56,376 nt of DNA from positions 1-56,376 of the IMG/VR virus record IMGVR_UViG_3300036715_000633; one strand, written 5' to 3'. Every line of letters begins with the position of its first letter. Within the stretch, counting starts at the first letter, position 1. The notes beneath the pieces were generated by a model. That model did no database searches. It saw only the letters and a program-made list of their open reading frames with translations, and had not been told where the DNA came from. Position numbers and translations under genes: made by a program. Origin of the DNA: a virus. Lineage: Duplodnaviria; Caudoviricetes. Positions 55,320-56,376 of the stretch are shown here, one piece after another.

Positions 55320-55342
55320 GTTTCACCCACTAGGAGTAAGAA

Positions 55343-55645
55343 ATGGACAATTTGGAAAACGAAGAAGGTATCTCGGCAGGTGAAGGCGCAAGCGTTGCCA
55401 GCGAAGCCCTTGCGGGTACTGTTGTTGGCGATACCCCGACGGGTGCCATCCTCGCTGTTGCAGGTATCGGCGTAACCGGTTCGACTGGTCAGCAGGGTGC
55501 GGTCGATGCCATCGCCGGCGTCGCCGAACCTCATCCTGCACTGGCGGCGCTCGACCGTCTGCATGAAAAGCTGAACACCCTGGGCAGCTTTGTTGTCGCT
55601 GAAACCGATGCCTTGATTGCTGAAATCCGCAATCGTCTGGTGTAA
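55343..55645 (+). CDS. Hypothetical acidic Gly/Ala-rich protein
   Basis: AGGAG RBS; followed by a UUCG hairpin. Confidence 0.6.
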   Translation: MDNLENEEGISAGEGASVASEALAGTVVGDTPTGAILAVAGIGVTGSTGQQGAVDAIAGVAEPHPALAALDRLHEKLNTLGSFVVAETDALIAEIRNRLV

Positions 55646-55651
55646 TCAAAC

Positions 55652-55673
55652 AATGCGCCTTCGGGCGCATTTC
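55652..55673 (+). terminator. UUCG-loop hairpin / terminator
   Basis: AATGCGCC-TTCG-GGCGCATTT. Confidence 0.6.
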
Positions 55674-55685
55674 TCGGAGTATAAA

Positions 55686-56285
55686 ATGGAACTCAAAGAA
55701 TATCCTGGCTTTGCCATGCGCACGGCTAAAAAATTCCCCGACCTGCAATGGAACCTGTTGCACGCGTTGATGGGTATTAATTCCGAAGTCGGCGAACTAC
55801 AGGAAACCATTGCACGCGCATGGATGCAACTGCCCTTCGATCCTGTCAACATCAGCGAAGAAGGTGGCGACATTTCGTGGTACGTTGCGCTGTTGGCGAC
55901 TACGCTGGACTGGGATTTCGACACCCTGTTCCTGCAACCCGACGCACTGAGCGAACACGAAGCCATGGCTATCGCTGTTATCAATCGCAACCCGCCAGCC
56001 ATGTCGCTGGTACTGGGCGGTATCGCTGGTGACATCGGCACGATTATCAAGGCGCACCTGATCTACGGCAAGCCTTTCGACGCCGACGCGCTGAAACTGC
56101 GCACCTCGTACCTTATCAGCCTCGTGTCGCTGTTGATGGACGTTCACGGTATCGACTATCTGAATAGCTGCCTGCCTGAAAACATTGCCAAGCTGAAAAA
56201 GCGCTACCCTGAACAGTACAGCGATGTGGCTGCGATGGAACGCGCTGACAAGCCTCGCATTGCCACCAACGAAACGCAACACTAA
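55686..56285 (+). CDS. MazG-like nucleotide pyrophosphohydrolase (tandem helical repeats)
   Basis: GINSEVGEL, EEGGDISWY, ENIAKLKKRYP. Confidence 0.8.
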   Translation: MELKEYPGFAMRTAKKFPDLQWNLLHALMGINSEVGELQETIARAWMQLPFDPVNISEEGGDISWYVALLATTLDWDFDTLFLQPDALSEHEAMAIAVINRNPPAMSLVLGGIAGDIGTIIKAHLIYGKPFDADALKLRTSYLISLVSLLMDVHGIDYLNSCLPENIAKLKKRYPEQYSDVAAMERADKPRIATNETQH

Positions 56286-56376
56286 GGAGAACGTCTTGGT
56301 CCAACTCGCCATCAACACCCTAGCCGCAATCGACGCTCAAATGGCGAGCGATCAAGGCGCCTCTTACCGCACGTTC
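56250..56376. repeat. Terminal direct repeat, copy 2
   Basis: Identical to 1-127. Confidence 0.95.

Overview
The window is a complete, circularly closed tailed dsDNA phage genome (siphovirus-like, Caudoviricetes). Bases 1-127 repeat exactly at 56250-56376, most likely an assembly overlap, so the unit genome is about 56,249 bp. I saw no integrase, tRNA or CRISPR array. An embedded Rz/Rz1 spanin pair indicates a Gram-negative host. The + strand arm (about 48.7 kb, through the contig join, to 13 kb) carries replication and recombination genes: primase-helicase, ligase, Sak4-like ATPase, SSB, MazG, exonuclease, SF2 helicase, beta-clamp-like protein and family B polymerase. It also carries a complete 7-deazaguanine DNA-modification operon: queE, queC, queD, folE, an unexplained Cys-rich gene, queF and dpdA. 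The - strand arm holds small early genes, a UvrD helicase, two large carbohydrate-active fibre-like proteins sharing an N-terminal module, packaging and head genes (portal fused to MuF), a GTA-like tail tip and the lysis cassette. Best leads: (1) a preQ1-type modification pathway with an extra putative metalloenzyme that could make a preQ1 derivative; (2) matching clamp-binding-like [IV]GLF motifs on DpdA and the polymerase, which flank the phage clamp gene; (3) DnaA boxes in the AT-rich divergent intergenic region; (4) the paired modular fibres; (5) promoters whose -10 element sits inside inverted repeats. All functional calls come from motif recognition by eye; no searches were run.
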